From positions 211 to 64,210 of the forward strand of contig CALHSA010000001.1 in the NCBI GenBank assembly GCA_938038205.1: DNA of 64,000 bases, in the 5' to 3' direction. The DNA comes from an uncultured bacterium (lineage in GTDB: Bacteria; Bdellovibrionota_C; UBA2361; JANWWW01). The notes beneath the pieces were generated by a model that did not search any database, was not told the origin of the DNA, and saw nothing but the letters and a program-made list of their open reading frames with translations. Position numbers and translations under genes: made by a program. This document shows positions 26,068 through 35,802 of the stretch, one piece after another (within the stretch, counting starts at the first letter, position 1; every line of letters starts with the position of its first letter).

Positions 26068-27417
26068 TCAAAGCGAGAACCTTCGTTCTGCTAACTGCCT
26101 TCGGTGTACAGCTGATGGTATTTTTAAATTTTCTCTATATTTTGCCACAGTTCTTCTAGCTATGTTTATTTTAAACTTTTGATTAAGAATATTAGCTATC
26201 TCTGCATCGTTGTATGGATTTTCCTTATCTTCAGTATTAACTATTTCCAAAATTAAAGTTTTAACTTTATCTGAGGAAGCTGAATTTTCCTCATTGATCC
26301 GATTTACAAAAAATCTCTTTAACTCAAAAATACCAAATGGAGTTTCGATGAATTTATTATTCGTAGCTCGACTAACCGTACTCTCGTGAAGATTCAATTT
26401 TGTAGCTATATCCTTAAGGGTTAGTGGTTTCAAAGATTCAGCTCCTTTGCTAATCAAGAACTGTTTTTGTTCTTCACAGATTGTTTGAGCGATTCTTAGA
26501 AGACTACTTTCCCTCTGCTTGCAGGCTTTGGTTAAATTCTGAGCTAAGCGAATTTTCTCCCTAAAAATCCTTGCCAACTCTTTATCGTTGCAGTTATCCA
26601 CGTATTCCTTTTTGAACTTAATTTTTGGGAGCTTAGTTTTAACTAGCTCTACTCTCAGAGAGTCTCCCACGATCTCTACTCGAAGGTCAGGTTGTACATG
26701 AAGAACAAATTCATTATCAAATTGCAATCCTGGCTTAGGATTTAAATTTCTTATTATTTTTATAGCTTCAAAGACCTTCTCCTCCTCTACTCCAAGTTTT
26801 TTTGAGATAAGATCAAATCTACCCCTTACAAGTAGCTCTTTAAACTCTGTAAGTATTCTAACTGGAATACTATCTGAATTTAAACCCATGGCAGATAACT
26901 GCCAACATAAGCTCTCAATGGCATCCCTAGCTCCAACTCCAACAGGATCAAAAGACTTGAAATATTCCAAAGCTTCTTTAACAGTTTCAACTGGAAGATT
27001 ACATATAGATGCTAATTCGGTATCAGAGATCTCCCTGAATCCGTTTCTATTTAAATAATAGGTTGCCACTCTTAATACCTCTTTAAATTGTTCCGATACA
27101 TTGAGTTCTGAGATTTGCTCAAATAAGTACTCTTGCAGTGATTTGGTTTGTGAAAAATTTTCAATAGATTCTAGACTCTCAAAATTTTCCCTCTTGAATC
27201 TGGCATACTCTTTCTCTATTTGGAGATTTTTTTCAAGCTCCTCAACTGGCAAGTATTCAGTTTTTTCCTCAAACTCAACCAAAGGATTTTCACTAAGTTC
27301 ACGAATAATCTCATCAACAAGATCCAGATTATTAAGCTGAAGTAATTTTAAAATTTGTTGAAGTTGTGGTGTTATACTGACAGAGGTAGAGAGCTGTTGT
27401 ACTAATTTGTTCTTCAC
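26068..27417 (-). CDS. rpoN: RNA polymerase sigma-54 factor
   Basis: RpoN box ARRTVAKYRENLKIPSAVHRR. HTH segment LTLKDIATKLNLHESTVSRA. N-terminal Gln/Leu-rich region I. Confidence 0.95.
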   Translation of the reverse strand: MKNKLVQQLSTSVSITPQLQQILKLLQLNNLDLVDEIIRELSENPLVEFEEKTEYLPVEELEKNLQIEKEYARFKRENFESLESIENFSQTKSLQEYLFEQISELNVSEQFKEVLRVATYYLNRNGFREISDTELASICNLPVETVKEALEYFKSFDPVGVGARDAIESLCWQLSAMGLNSDSIPVRILTEFKELLVRGRFDLISKKLGVEEEKVFEAIKIIRNLNPKPGLQFDNEFVLHVQPDLRVEIVGDSLRVELVKTKLPKIKFKKEYVDNCNDKELARIFREKIRLAQNLTKACKQRESSLLRIAQTICEEQKQFLISKGAESLKPLTLKDIATKLNLHESTVSRATNNKFIETPFGIFELKRFFVNRINEENSASSDKVKTLILEIVNTEDKENPYNDAEIANILNQKFKINIARRTVAKYRENLKIPSAVHRRQLAERRFSL

Positions 27418-27450
27418 AGATGCCTATTTTTTAGATGCAACAATAAATTC

Positions 27451-28173
27451 CTAGTTAGAAATAAATGATTTCCCAAAGTAGTATTTGATAGCATTTTCGT
27501 TAGAAATTAACTCTTGACTACTCCCATGGGCTATTATTTGCCCATCTACGAGAACATAACCTCTGTCACATATTTTTAAAGTTTCTCTTACATTATGGTC
27601 AGTAACAAGTATCCCTAATCCCTTGTCTTTCAAATGTTTGATAACCAATTGAATATCCTGAATCGCTAAAGGATCAATTCCCGCAAAAGGTTCATCCAAA
27701 AGGAAAAATTTTGGATTTAAAGCACAAGCTCGCGCTACCTCAGTTCGTCTTTTTTCCCCCCCTGATAAGGTATATGCAGCAGAGTATTTAACTTTTTGCA
27801 ACCCAAACTCTTCAACGAGTTTTTCTGCTTCTTCCAACCTATCTTGCTTGCTTAAATCATCTCTCTGCTCTAAGGCAACAAGAATATTATCTATTACTGA
27901 TAAGTTCCTGAAAATTGAAGTCTCTTGAGGTAAATAACCAAGACCCAATCTTACCCTAGCGTACATTGGTAATTTAGTAATTTCTACGCCATCTAAAAAG
28001 ACTTTGCCAGAGTCAGGAGTTATTTCTCCTACTATCATGTAAAAAGTTGTTGTTTTGCCTGCACCATTCGGTCCTAACAAACCAACAACCTCTCCCCTTT
28101 TACACTCTATTGTCACTCCTCGAACTACTGGCCTCTTTTCGTACTTTTTATGCAAATCTTGACCGGTTAGCAT
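27451..28173 (-). CDS. lptB: LPS export ABC transporter ATP-binding protein LptB
   Basis: Walker A GPNGAGKTT, signature LSGGEKRR, Walker B FFLLDEPFAGIDP. Conserved lptCAB-rpoN synteny. Confidence 0.9.
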   Translation of the reverse strand: MLTGQDLHKKYEKRPVVRGVTIECKRGEVVGLLGPNGAGKTTTFYMIVGEITPDSGKVFLDGVEITKLPMYARVRLGLGYLPQETSIFRNLSVIDNILVALEQRDDLSKQDRLEEAEKLVEEFGLQKVKYSAAYTLSGGEKRRTEVARACALNPKFFLLDEPFAGIDPLAIQDIQLVIKHLKDKGLGILVTDHNVRETLKICDRGYVLVDGQIIAHGSSQELISNENAIKYYFGKSFISN

Positions 28174-28634
28174 TATTTCAATTTTTGCTCCTCATAAATT
28201 ATTGTTTCAACGTTTCCAAATGCCTCAAAAGTGTCTGAGTCTATGTAATAAATTATCTCTTTAGCTAGTAAAGAGTTCTTATCTTTAATAATTCTTGGGC
28301 TTCCTGAGATAGTTAGAGTTCTCTTCTCTTGATTATAGACAGCTTTCTCTCCCATTACCTCAGTTCCATTGTTACTAATTACGTGAACTGACCCTACTGC
28401 TGTTAAATCTTTGATGTTCTCGTTTTCATCTAATTTTCCATAAAGCTTATTACAGTAAATTGTTGCTTGATCTGTTTGAAGTTTTACCGAACCTTCGTAT
28501 GAAAAATACCTTTCCTTCAAGTTTCCAGACAAAGATTCAGCTTTAATAATCCAACTTTTTTGACTATGTAAAAAGGCAAGATAAAAGATAAAAACTATAA
28601 GCTTAAACTTGTCCATTTTTAGTAACCGTTTCAA
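28173..28634 (-). CDS. lptA: LPS transport periplasmic protein LptA (OstA-like)
   Basis: Signal peptide and an OstA-N-like beta-jellyroll repeat pattern (ATIYCNKLYG...AVGSVHVISNNGTEVMGEKAVYNQEKRTLTISGSPRI). Synteny supports the call. Confidence 0.7.
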   Translation of the reverse strand: MKRLLKMDKFKLIVFIFYLAFLHSQKSWIIKAESLSGNLKERYFSYEGSVKLQTDQATIYCNKLYGKLDENENIKDLTAVGSVHVISNNGTEVMGEKAVYNQEKRTLTISGSPRIIKDKNSLLAKEIIYYIDSDTFEAFGNVETIIYEEQKLK

Positions 28635-29157
28635 CTTTACCTGTTAAGTTAAAGTCTAAGTTTTCGATATTAAAAGTAACTCTACTTGCTTGAATTAGAT
28701 AGTCTTTTGTCAGAATTTTCACTCCGTAGCAATCGAGATCTCTCTGATTTTTTAAAAAACAAGAATCAGATCTTAATTCTACTCCCTCAGATTTAAGGAC
28801 AAAATGCACATCTCCATCAATTTTTAATTCTTTGATTCTATTGTTTTCAAGAGTAACCACCCCCCAGGATGCTTCTAAAACATATTCTTGATCTTTAGCT
28901 GTTATCTCTAAAAAGAAATCTTTTATTTCAAATTCATTAGTGTTGTAAATGAAGGCTTTGTTGGATTTTAACCGCCAACGCAGATTGCCAGAACTTTCAA
29001 AAATCTTAACGAAATCTCCTATCTCCCCTACTACTTTTGTAGACTCTGGAGCTTTGTAATTTTTTAAATCTGATTTACTTTTCCAAAGAATAAGTAGAAT
29101 AGACGCAAAGATCGCCAATATGGTTGAGAATGCAAATATGAATTTAAATTTAATCAT
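28603..29157 (-). CDS. lptC: LPS export system protein LptC
   Basis: Single N-terminal TM anchor plus a beta-rich periplasmic domain. Positioned immediately upstream of lptA-lptB. Confidence 0.6.
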   Translation of the reverse strand: MIKFKFIFAFSTILAIFASILLILWKSKSDLKNYKAPESTKVVGEIGDFVKIFESSGNLRWRLKSNKAFIYNTNEFEIKDFFLEITAKDQEYVLEASWGVVTLENNRIKELKIDGDVHFVLKSEGVELRSDSCFLKNQRDLDCYGVKILTKDYLIQASRVTFNIENLDFNLTGKVETVTKNGQV

Positions 29158-30328
29158 TTCTACCCTTTATCATTAAAGTAATCTCATTAAAAATAGTCCT
29201 TACTCTTTGAGTAAATTGTTCCCTAGAGTAGTTACTTAGAAATCTTAATCTTGCATTCTGACCCTTTTTTTCTGATTCCTCTCCCTTTAACAATGCATCC
29301 ATCAACCCTTGAGAGATCGAGTTGGGATCTAAGTTAACTAGATAAGCTGAGTCCTCATCTAAAACTTGAGTATGACTTTTAATGGCAGTAGCCACTATAG
29401 GCTTTCCAGCTGCCATGTACGTGTAAATTTTCATTGGAGTGTTGCTCCCAAACAACCGGGGCGAAACCAAAACATCTGCCAAAGAAAAAAAAGGTGGCAA
29501 ATCCTCAGGTTTTTTCTGACCAAGGAAAAAAACTGCATGATCAATTTTAAGCTGTTTTGATTTTTTTCTGTAATAAGAGATTGAATTTGGAGTTCCCCCA
29601 ATAATTACGAGACAAATATCAGAAAATCCTTTCTGAATCAGAATTTTAAAGCCCTCAAGCAAAAGATCAATTCCCTGATACCTTTCTAAATTCCCAGTGT
29701 ACAGTATAACTTTTTTGCCTTCGAAGTAATGCGTTGAGTCAGTTTCCGTACAAGGATTATCCTTTACATCAAAACCGCAATCTTCAAGTAAATAACATTG
29801 CAATGCTCCAAGTTGAACTGCTTTAAATGAGAGTTCGCGCGATACCGCTATTGTGCATAAAGAATTTGAGAAAGAGCTCCCGTAAATAGAGTAGAGTAGT
29901 CTCTTGAAAGGTAATAAAAATTTAAATCTTTGTAACAGCTGTTCTACAATATCCGAGTCCATATCGACTACCAATGGAACGTTCTTCCCAAGAAAAAAGT
30001 TTGCAAAAATCGCCGCTTCCTCTACTGCAATTATAACGTCATATTTGTTTGTGTTAATCAATTCTGCAGCCGAATTAATAAGGTAAAGATTGATGAAAAT
30101 TTTTTTCCAAGAAAATCCAGGCTTAAGATTTAGAAAAAACTTAGGGTAATTCGTCCTCAGTACTTTAACATTTTTGGGCAAGGGTATGTCCTCTCCTTCT
30201 AATAGACACAACAAATCTATGTTTATGTTAGTATCCTCCAAAGATTCGCATAGGAGCTTTATTGCAATTGGAGTTCCTCTATTCTGATAGAAAGGCTGAG
30301 GAGCGAGTATAAGAGCATCTAAACCCAT
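29150..30328 (-). CDS. Glycosyltransferase (GT-B fold, GT4-like)
   Basis: C-terminal sugar-nucleotide binding region: ILYTGNLERYQGIDLLL...LVSPRLFGSNTPMKIYTYMAAGKPIVAT. Overlaps the lptC start. Confidence 0.8.
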   Translation of the reverse strand: MGLDALILAPQPFYQNRGTPIAIKLLCESLEDTNINIDLLCLLEGEDIPLPKNVKVLRTNYPKFFLNLKPGFSWKKIFINLYLINSAAELINTNKYDVIIAVEEAAIFANFFLGKNVPLVVDMDSDIVEQLLQRFKFLLPFKRLLYSIYGSSFSNSLCTIAVSRELSFKAVQLGALQCYLLEDCGFDVKDNPCTETDSTHYFEGKKVILYTGNLERYQGIDLLLEGFKILIQKGFSDICLVIIGGTPNSISYYRKKSKQLKIDHAVFFLGQKKPEDLPPFFSLADVLVSPRLFGSNTPMKIYTYMAAGKPIVATAIKSHTQVLDEDSAYLVNLDPNSISQGLMDALLKGEESEKKGQNARLRFLSNYSREQFTQRVRTIFNEITLMIKGRND

Positions 30329-30376
30329 TAATTTTACTTAAGAATTATGCCAGAAAAGCGATTAGTATCATAACAA

Positions 30377-30901
30377 ATGGCAGAGACTGAAAATAAGACT
30401 GATGAAACACCAAAAAAAAAGAGCAAATTACCCCTAATACTAGCTTTAGTTGTAATTTTATCTGCAGCAGGAGTAGGAGCTTTTTTATTTTTGAAACCAA
30501 AAAATAAAGAAGAGCAGATAGATGAGTCCCTTTTTTATAAACAGGCTTTACTCGATACATTTATCGTAAATTTAATGTCCAACAAACATTTTCTTAAAGT
30601 AACTATTTTTATTGAATATAACCCATTTGCACTTGAAAGATGGAAAAAACAATACTTAGGGGGCGGACATGGGGGTGGTAAAGCTGATCCTTTTGCTCTT
30701 CCTCCGGAGCTAGCAGAAAAAAAAATAAAACTCTCTCACGTAGTTATAACAACTTTATCCTCTAAAACTGCGGATCACTTATTAAAACCTGAGGGGAAAG
30801 AACTTTTGAGAGAGGAATTAGTAATGAAACTGAATGAAGCTTTAGACGCTACAGAAAACATTATAGTTGATGTTAAGTTTAGCGAGTTTATTATACAGTA
30901 A
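30377..30901 (+). CDS. fliL: Flagellar basal body-associated protein FliL-like
   Basis: Lys-rich N-terminus, one TM helix, then FIVNL...FLKVTIFIEY and a terminal VDVKFSEFIIQ. This resembles the FliL family ending (vyFt.FviQ). Confidence 0.7.
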   Translation: MAETENKTDETPKKKSKLPLILALVVILSAAGVGAFLFLKPKNKEEQIDESLFYKQALLDTFIVNLMSNKHFLKVTIFIEYNPFALERWKKQYLGGGHGGGKADPFALPPELAEKKIKLSHVVITTLSSKTADHLLKPEGKELLREELVMKLNEALDATENIIVDVKFSEFIIQ

Positions 30902-31349
30902 AATTATTTTCATATTCGGAGTATACTCACTTAGTTCTATTACTCCTGAATTTAAAGTGGTTAAGTACAGTACAAAACGGGAGCATAAAAGATTCCTGTA
31001 TTGGCTTAAAGATGGCACCACCACTCACTATGGAGTTTTCCTTTGGAGGTTACATTTTCAAAAATGTAATCTTACTGAGTTTAAACCTGGTTTCATAAGG
31101 ATAAAATCGATGATTATTTTCCCTGATAAAACCAGATTCTTATCGCAAGCTTTTGAAAAAAAAATTAAATCACATGAGACTCAGCACATGATACACCTTC
31201 TAACTTCAATACCAAGCTTTGAGAAGCTTTTAAAAAGAAGCTGTTTTCAATCAAAAGAGGTGTTTGAAGGACAAATAAAAAATTTATTCCTCTCCGTAAA
31301 ATACAAAGATATACTTTTAGACCTAAAAACTTCTCATGGATTAATTTAA
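30867..31349 (+). CDS. Hypothetical protein with an HExxH motif (possible small Zn-metallopeptidase, DUF922-like)
   Basis: N-terminal hydrophobic segment and HETQH at KIKSHETQHMIHL. The assignment is tentative. Confidence 0.4.
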   Translation: MMLSLASLLYSKIIFIFGVYSLSSITPEFKVVKYSTKREHKRFLYWLKDGTTTHYGVFLWRLHFQKCNLTEFKPGFIRIKSMIIFPDKTRFLSQAFEKKIKSHETQHMIHLLTSIPSFEKLLKRSCFQSKEVFEGQIKNLFLSVKYKDILLDLKTSHGLI

Positions 31350-31351
31350 CG

Positions 31352-31993
31352 CTACTCTCTTGGTTCTTTAAAAACGTAGGTAGTATATTCGTACAGTCCA
31401 TAGTCAGATCTAAAAATAAAATGCCTGGAAAGTTTACTTTTCAAAAACGAGGCCAGTTTATCAAAAGGTACATGAAAAAGATCCTCTCTCTCCCAATCTA
31501 CATGTTTAGACATTAAATTGAATGCTAAACCTTTTTTACAAACTTGAAACAGTTTCAAAATGACTTCAGAAAAATAATCCCACATTTCGTCGAAAGTCAT
31601 GTTCCTTTTCTCAGTAAATACGCCATTGGCAATAATGTAGTCATAGGTTGTTTGAATATCATTCTCAAGAATATCAATTTCAAAAAAAACGACATCGGGG
31701 AATTTTTCTTTGCATTTTGAAACGAATAAACTTGATATGTCGCAACCTTCGTAATATATCTGTTTTAAATTTTTTTTTCTTATATATTCTAAGAGATGAC
31801 CAAGTCCGCATCCAAAATCTAGTAGAGTGCAAGGGGAATTTATATTTAAAATATCCAGCATCACTTTGTATCTTTTCTGAGCATCATCAAATTTAGGCCA
31901 GTCTACACCTAAATGGGAATCGCCATGCTTACAGAAACACTCCTCGTAATGTGAGATAAGCTCTAAATATTTTTTATTCCTCATGAGGTTCAA
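31352..31993 (-). CDS. Class I SAM-dependent methyltransferase
   Basis: Motif I LLDFGCGLGHLLEY, followed by an acidic post-I residue (EGCDIS) and the motif YDYIIANGVF. Confidence 0.75.
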   Translation of the reverse strand: MNLMRNKKYLELISHYEECFCKHGDSHLGVDWPKFDDAQKRYKVMLDILNINSPCTLLDFGCGLGHLLEYIRKKNLKQIYYEGCDISSLFVSKCKEKFPDVVFFEIDILENDIQTTYDYIIANGVFTEKRNMTFDEMWDYFSEVILKLFQVCKKGLAFNLMSKHVDWEREDLFHVPFDKLASFLKSKLSRHFIFRSDYGLYEYTTYVFKEPRE

Positions 31994-32309
31994 GTTTCAG
32001 AAGCAGTTCCCCAACTACCAAAAAATCTCCTCTCTCAAATTTAAATTTCTCCCCTTGTGGAATCTGTATCAGTTTTCCAGTACGAAAAATAAAGGTACCA
32101 TTTTTACTTCCTAGATCAATGATAAATAGATCATTCCCTTCTTCGATTATTTCACAATGTTGTTGACTTATCATGTGATTAGGATCAAAATCGTCCAGAT
32201 CAAGAACTTCTTCAGATTCAACCAATCCTCTGCCAACCAAAAGTGGAATCCTCCTAAAAAAAATTCGACCTGCATAGATGCCCGACAAAATTTCTACATT
32301 TATTTTCAT
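31974..32309 (-). CDS. FHA domain-containing protein (stand-alone)
   Basis: LLVGRG...ISQQHCEIIEEGNDLFIIDLGSKNGTFI is a canonical FHA core (GR...S..H...., D.gS.NGT). Confidence 0.8.
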   Translation of the reverse strand: MKINVEILSGIYAGRIFFRRIPLLVGRGLVESEEVLDLDDFDPNHMISQQHCEIIEEGNDLFIIDLGSKNGTFIFRTGKLIQIPQGEKFKFERGDFLVVGELLLKLEPHEE

Positions 32310-32387
32310 CAGTTGGACACTTAATTATACATCTCTCTAACTCTAACTTTTAAATAAAATTTTGTATCTGATATACTGACGCAAGTC

Positions 32388-34019
32388 ATGCCCAAGCTTC
32401 TTCTACTTAATACCATAAATCAAGAAGAGCAAAGAGCAGCTGTGGTTGAAAATGGTAGATTGATAGAACTTGAGATTGAAAGTGCAAAGAATATATCCAA
32501 AAAAGGAAACATATACAAGGGGATTGTCAATAGAGTAGAGAGTAGCCTTCAAGCGGGTTTTGTAGATTTAGGTTTAACGAGAAATGGGTTTTTGCAAATT
32601 CAGGAGTTGAATGAATTTTTGTTAAATATTAAATCTAATCGTAAAAGTCATGCGAATATTCGTGGCGATATAAAAAGATATCTTAAGCCAGGTCAGGAAG
32701 TTTTAGTTCAGGTTGTTAAGGATGAAACAGAATCTAAAGGAGCTATGTTAACTATGAATATAGCGATACCAGGAAAGTACACGGTTTTATTGGTGGGAAG
32801 CTCTCGCACTGGAGTTTCTAAGAGAGTAAAAGATACTCAAGTGAGTGAACGTTTTAAACAAGCTCTAAAAGAAATTAGTTTCGATCGCGAAAACTTCGGA
32901 GTTATTGCCAGAACCTCTGCCATCGGGAGAACCACGGCCGAATTAATTAGGGATATAAAGATCTGTTTTGACAAATGGAATAGGATAGAGGCGGCATTTA
33001 AAAGCGCTCAAGCTCCTGCGTTGTTGTACAGCGAAGAAGGTTTTTCAACTCGGATAGTGAGGGAGTATTTCTCATCTGATGTTCTTGAAATAATAACTGA
33101 TTCCTCACATTCGTTTAATGAAATTAAAGATTTCATTGAGGAGACGATGCCAAGATATAGAAATCGTGTAAGGCTCTATGAAAGCGACACTCCACTATTC
33201 AGCTTTTATAACATAGAGGAAGAGGTTCAGAAAACTTTTAGTCCAGTTGTTGAACTAAACTCTGGAGGCTTCTTAGTAATTGAGCCTCTTGAGAGTTTGG
33301 TAGCAATTGATGTGAACTCTGGAAAAGCTAAATCTGGGTATGATTTTGAGACAAATGCTTTCAGAACTAATTTAGAAGCAGTTGTTGAAATAGCGAGACA
33401 GCTTAGACTTCGAGATCTTGGTGGTCTGATAATTGTAGATTTAATAGACATGAAAAATCCGCAGAATATTAAAGAGGTTGAGAGACGATTGAAACAAGAG
33501 GTTAGCAAGGATAGAGCGAGAGTCGAGGTTGGTTCGATATCAAAGTTTGGTTTACTGGAATTAAGTAGACAGCGAATTAGATCTTCTGTCAATAGTCAGC
33601 TTTTTCTTAAGTGTCCTTACTGTTTGGGATCTGGTAGAATCCGGGGTCCCGAATTAGTGGCTTTGGATATTATACGGAAACTTCAATCAGCCGTAACGAG
33701 TGGAAAAATTCAAAGGGCCACGGTACATGTGGCATTCACTGCCGGTCTATATCTACTAAATTTCAGAAAGAAAGATTTAACTGCGCTTGAGAGTAAGTAT
33801 AATTGTGAAATAATTTTGGTACCAAATGAGAGATTTAGGCCAGATGAGTTCCAGATTGAATTTGAAGAAAAGAAATTGACCTCCCTTCGAATTGAGGAAA
33901 CAGATCGTGAGGATGAAATTTGGTTTATTGAAAGAGTGCGCTCACTTCATGCGAGGTGGAGGAAGTCTGCTATTGAAAGAAAATCAATACTGCTAGAGAG
34001 TGACCCAATTCTTAGATGA
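32388..34019 (+). CDS. rng: Ribonuclease E/G family protein (RNase G-sized)
   Basis: S1 domain GNIYKGIVNRVESSLQAGFVDLG. DNase I-like site AIDVNSGK. LRDLGGLIIVDLIDM. Zn-link-like CPYCLGSG. Confidence 0.9.
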   Translation: MPKLLLLNTINQEEQRAAVVENGRLIELEIESAKNISKKGNIYKGIVNRVESSLQAGFVDLGLTRNGFLQIQELNEFLLNIKSNRKSHANIRGDIKRYLKPGQEVLVQVVKDETESKGAMLTMNIAIPGKYTVLLVGSSRTGVSKRVKDTQVSERFKQALKEISFDRENFGVIARTSAIGRTTAELIRDIKICFDKWNRIEAAFKSAQAPALLYSEEGFSTRIVREYFSSDVLEIITDSSHSFNEIKDFIEETMPRYRNRVRLYESDTPLFSFYNIEEEVQKTFSPVVELNSGGFLVIEPLESLVAIDVNSGKAKSGYDFETNAFRTNLEAVVEIARQLRLRDLGGLIIVDLIDMKNPQNIKEVERRLKQEVSKDRARVEVGSISKFGLLELSRQRIRSSVNSQLFLKCPYCLGSGRIRGPELVALDIIRKLQSAVTSGKIQRATVHVAFTAGLYLLNFRKKDLTALESKYNCEIILVPNERFRPDEFQIEFEEKKLTSLRIEETDREDEIWFIERVRSLHARWRKSAIERKSILLESDPILR

Positions 34020-34623
34020 TCTTTGTGAGTACCTGAACTCAATAAAGAAAACGCCAGCAGAGGTAGGTTTTGTAATTTCCTCGAAAAATAGGACTTTAAA
34101 AGATATGGAAAAAGCTTTAACAATTGTATCCCAGTATGGTTTCAAGTTTGTTAGGTTTGGGGAAAATAGAATTAGTGAACTTTTGAAAAAACTTAGAAGT
34201 TTTGGTAATCCTGACTTGTTTCATTACATAGGAATATCTCAAACTCGTATTGTTGAAAAACTCGCACAGCAAGATATTTTTATTGAAACTGTCCAATCAA
34301 AGAAACAGCTAGATATCATCAGAAAGTTCTCAAGAAAATGTTTTATTCAAGTGAACATCTCGAATGATATAAAAAAGTCAGGATTCTCATTGAATGATGC
34401 ATTGGAATTGACCCCACAGTATTATGATGTCATAGAGGGAGTGATGACAATATTGGATCCTAATCTAAAAAGAGAGGAAAGAGTAAAATTGTACAGCTCG
34501 TTGCGTAGTTCATTTAAAGAGCTTCTATTGAGTGCAGGAATGTCTGAGGATTGGAAAGAGGCTTTATACGCAGGCTCAGATATAATTCGTATAGGCCGGG
34601 CTTTGTTTGAAGGCTTAAACTAA
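34000..34623 (+). CDS. yggS: YggS family pyridoxal-phosphate homeostasis protein
   Basis: FGENRISEL, HYIGISQ, and LSAGMSEDWKEALYAGSDIIRIGRALFEG match the YggS/PROSC pattern (FGENyvQE, WHfIG.LQ, LSMGMS.D...vRiG.aiFG). Confidence 0.75.
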   Translation: MTQFLDDLCEYLNSIKKTPAEVGFVISSKNRTLKDMEKALTIVSQYGFKFVRFGENRISELLKKLRSFGNPDLFHYIGISQTRIVEKLAQQDIFIETVQSKKQLDIIRKFSRKCFIQVNISNDIKKSGFSLNDALELTPQYYDVIEGVMTILDPNLKREERVKLYSSLRSSFKELLLSAGMSEDWKEALYAGSDIIRIGRALFEGLN

Positions 34624-35802
34624 CTTAAGTAGCTTTAGAAGAAGCGAGGGATACTTAATAATAATAACGTTTAAAATTAGGATTAAGAAAACTAGAGAAA
34701 CTGATTCTCTTGGCAGTTTTGGATTTGGCTTTTCAAACATATCTGATGCAATTTTTAAGTAAAAATACGAAACTGAGAATAAACTTAAAGCTAAAAGTCC
34801 AGGAATTAAAGGATAAGTTATGTTTGATACGGTAAGAATTAAAATTTTAATTAAAGTTATTAGAAGTATTGGTGCTACCCCTCCCATAATTATGAGAGAT
34901 ATTCCAACTAACCAAGGGTGTTGTACATCATCTGCTCCATTAACAGATCGAAAGGCAATCATACCAGCCAGCGAGTAGATAAAAGCAAGTAACAAACAGA
35001 TAACGGGGTTAGCAATTGAAGCAAAATAAATTAGAACACTAAATGTAAAAAAGGAAGAACCGGCGAATAAACTCCGAACTGAGGTGGAGTATGCAATTAA
35101 TCCAAAGCCAATAAAAGCCGATGGTACCGAGGCAAGTCTTATGAATTCATTTAATTCAGGTGCTTTTGAAATAATGCCACAGATAACTGAGAAGATTGCA
35201 AATTTATAAAAATTAGTCCAAAAACTTAAACGCGAACCATCTAAAACTTCAAAATAAAGTGAGTAACCTGTTGGGTTAATAACAGGAAGTCCAAGTTTAA
35301 TAAGGAGCCCTGTGAAAAAAATAATTTGAGCCATTTTGGATGAATTTACTAAAGAAAAATCTTTCAAATCCGCACCAAAGATGAAAGATATAACAATAAT
35401 TGATATGCCTAAGGCGGAGAAGATTAAGTAATTAAGTGCATATTTTCCGGATTCCGACCAATTATAATCTTTAAACAGTATCCCTATTGTAGAAACCGAT
35501 AATGTTGATAAACCGATCAGTATGCCCAACATATCACCTAGGCAAACTGAAATTAATCCTCCAAAGAGTCCAAACAAAGCTGCCGCACGATCTAGATAAT
35601 CCACTTTGGTATTCAACCAACTCCAAACAAGGAATAAGATGATCAAAAAGTGGAGTGAAAGGTCTGTAATTTTTTCTCCAGTAGGGAGTAAAAGAAGCAT
35701 TGTGATAATTCCAAAAACTACAGAAAAGTACCGGGATCCCAGCTTTTTACTAAGCATGGTTATCAGTCCTAATGCTGCTGGCAAATAAATTGATAAGTTC
35801 AT
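34615..35802 (-). CDS. nuoN: NADH-quinone oxidoreductase subunit N-like (highly diverged antiporter-like subunit)
   Basis: Multi-TM protein and last gene of the nuo string. It retains SESGKYALNYLIFSALG (cf. EAa.KYf..ga). The usual PFHxWxPDVYxGAP block is degenerate (LPVINPTGYSLYFEVLDG). Confidence 0.6.
   Translation of the reverse strand: MNLSIYLPAALGLITMLSKKLGSRYFSVVFGIITMLLLLPTGEKITDLSLHFLIILFLVWSWLNTKVDYLDRAAALFGLFGGLISVCLGDMLGILIGLSTLSVSTIGILFKDYNWSESGKYALNYLIFSALGISIIVISFIFGADLKDFSLVNSSKMAQIIFFTGLLIKLGLPVINPTGYSLYFEVLDGSRLSFWTNFYKFAIFSVICGIISKAPELNEFIRLASVPSAFIGFGLIAYSTSVRSLFAGSSFFTFSVLIYFASIANPVICLLLAFIYSLAGMIAFRSVNGADDVQHPWLVGISLIIMGGVAPILLITLIKILILTVSNITYPLIPGLLALSLFSVSYFYLKIASDMFEKPNPKLPRESVSLVFLILILNVIIIKYPSLLLKLLKLV

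Noticed and set aside
30336-30353. Possible sigma-54 promoter upstream of the glycosyltransferase/lptC operon (minus strand CTGGCAT-N5-TTAAG)
   Set aside because: The -24 element is good, but the -12 element lacks the essential GC dinucleotide.
32310-32387. Possible sigma-54 promoter (TTGGACAC...) in the rng / FHA divergent region
   Set aside because: The GG and GC elements are not at the required 10-nt spacing. Only ordinary TATAAT-like boxes are present.
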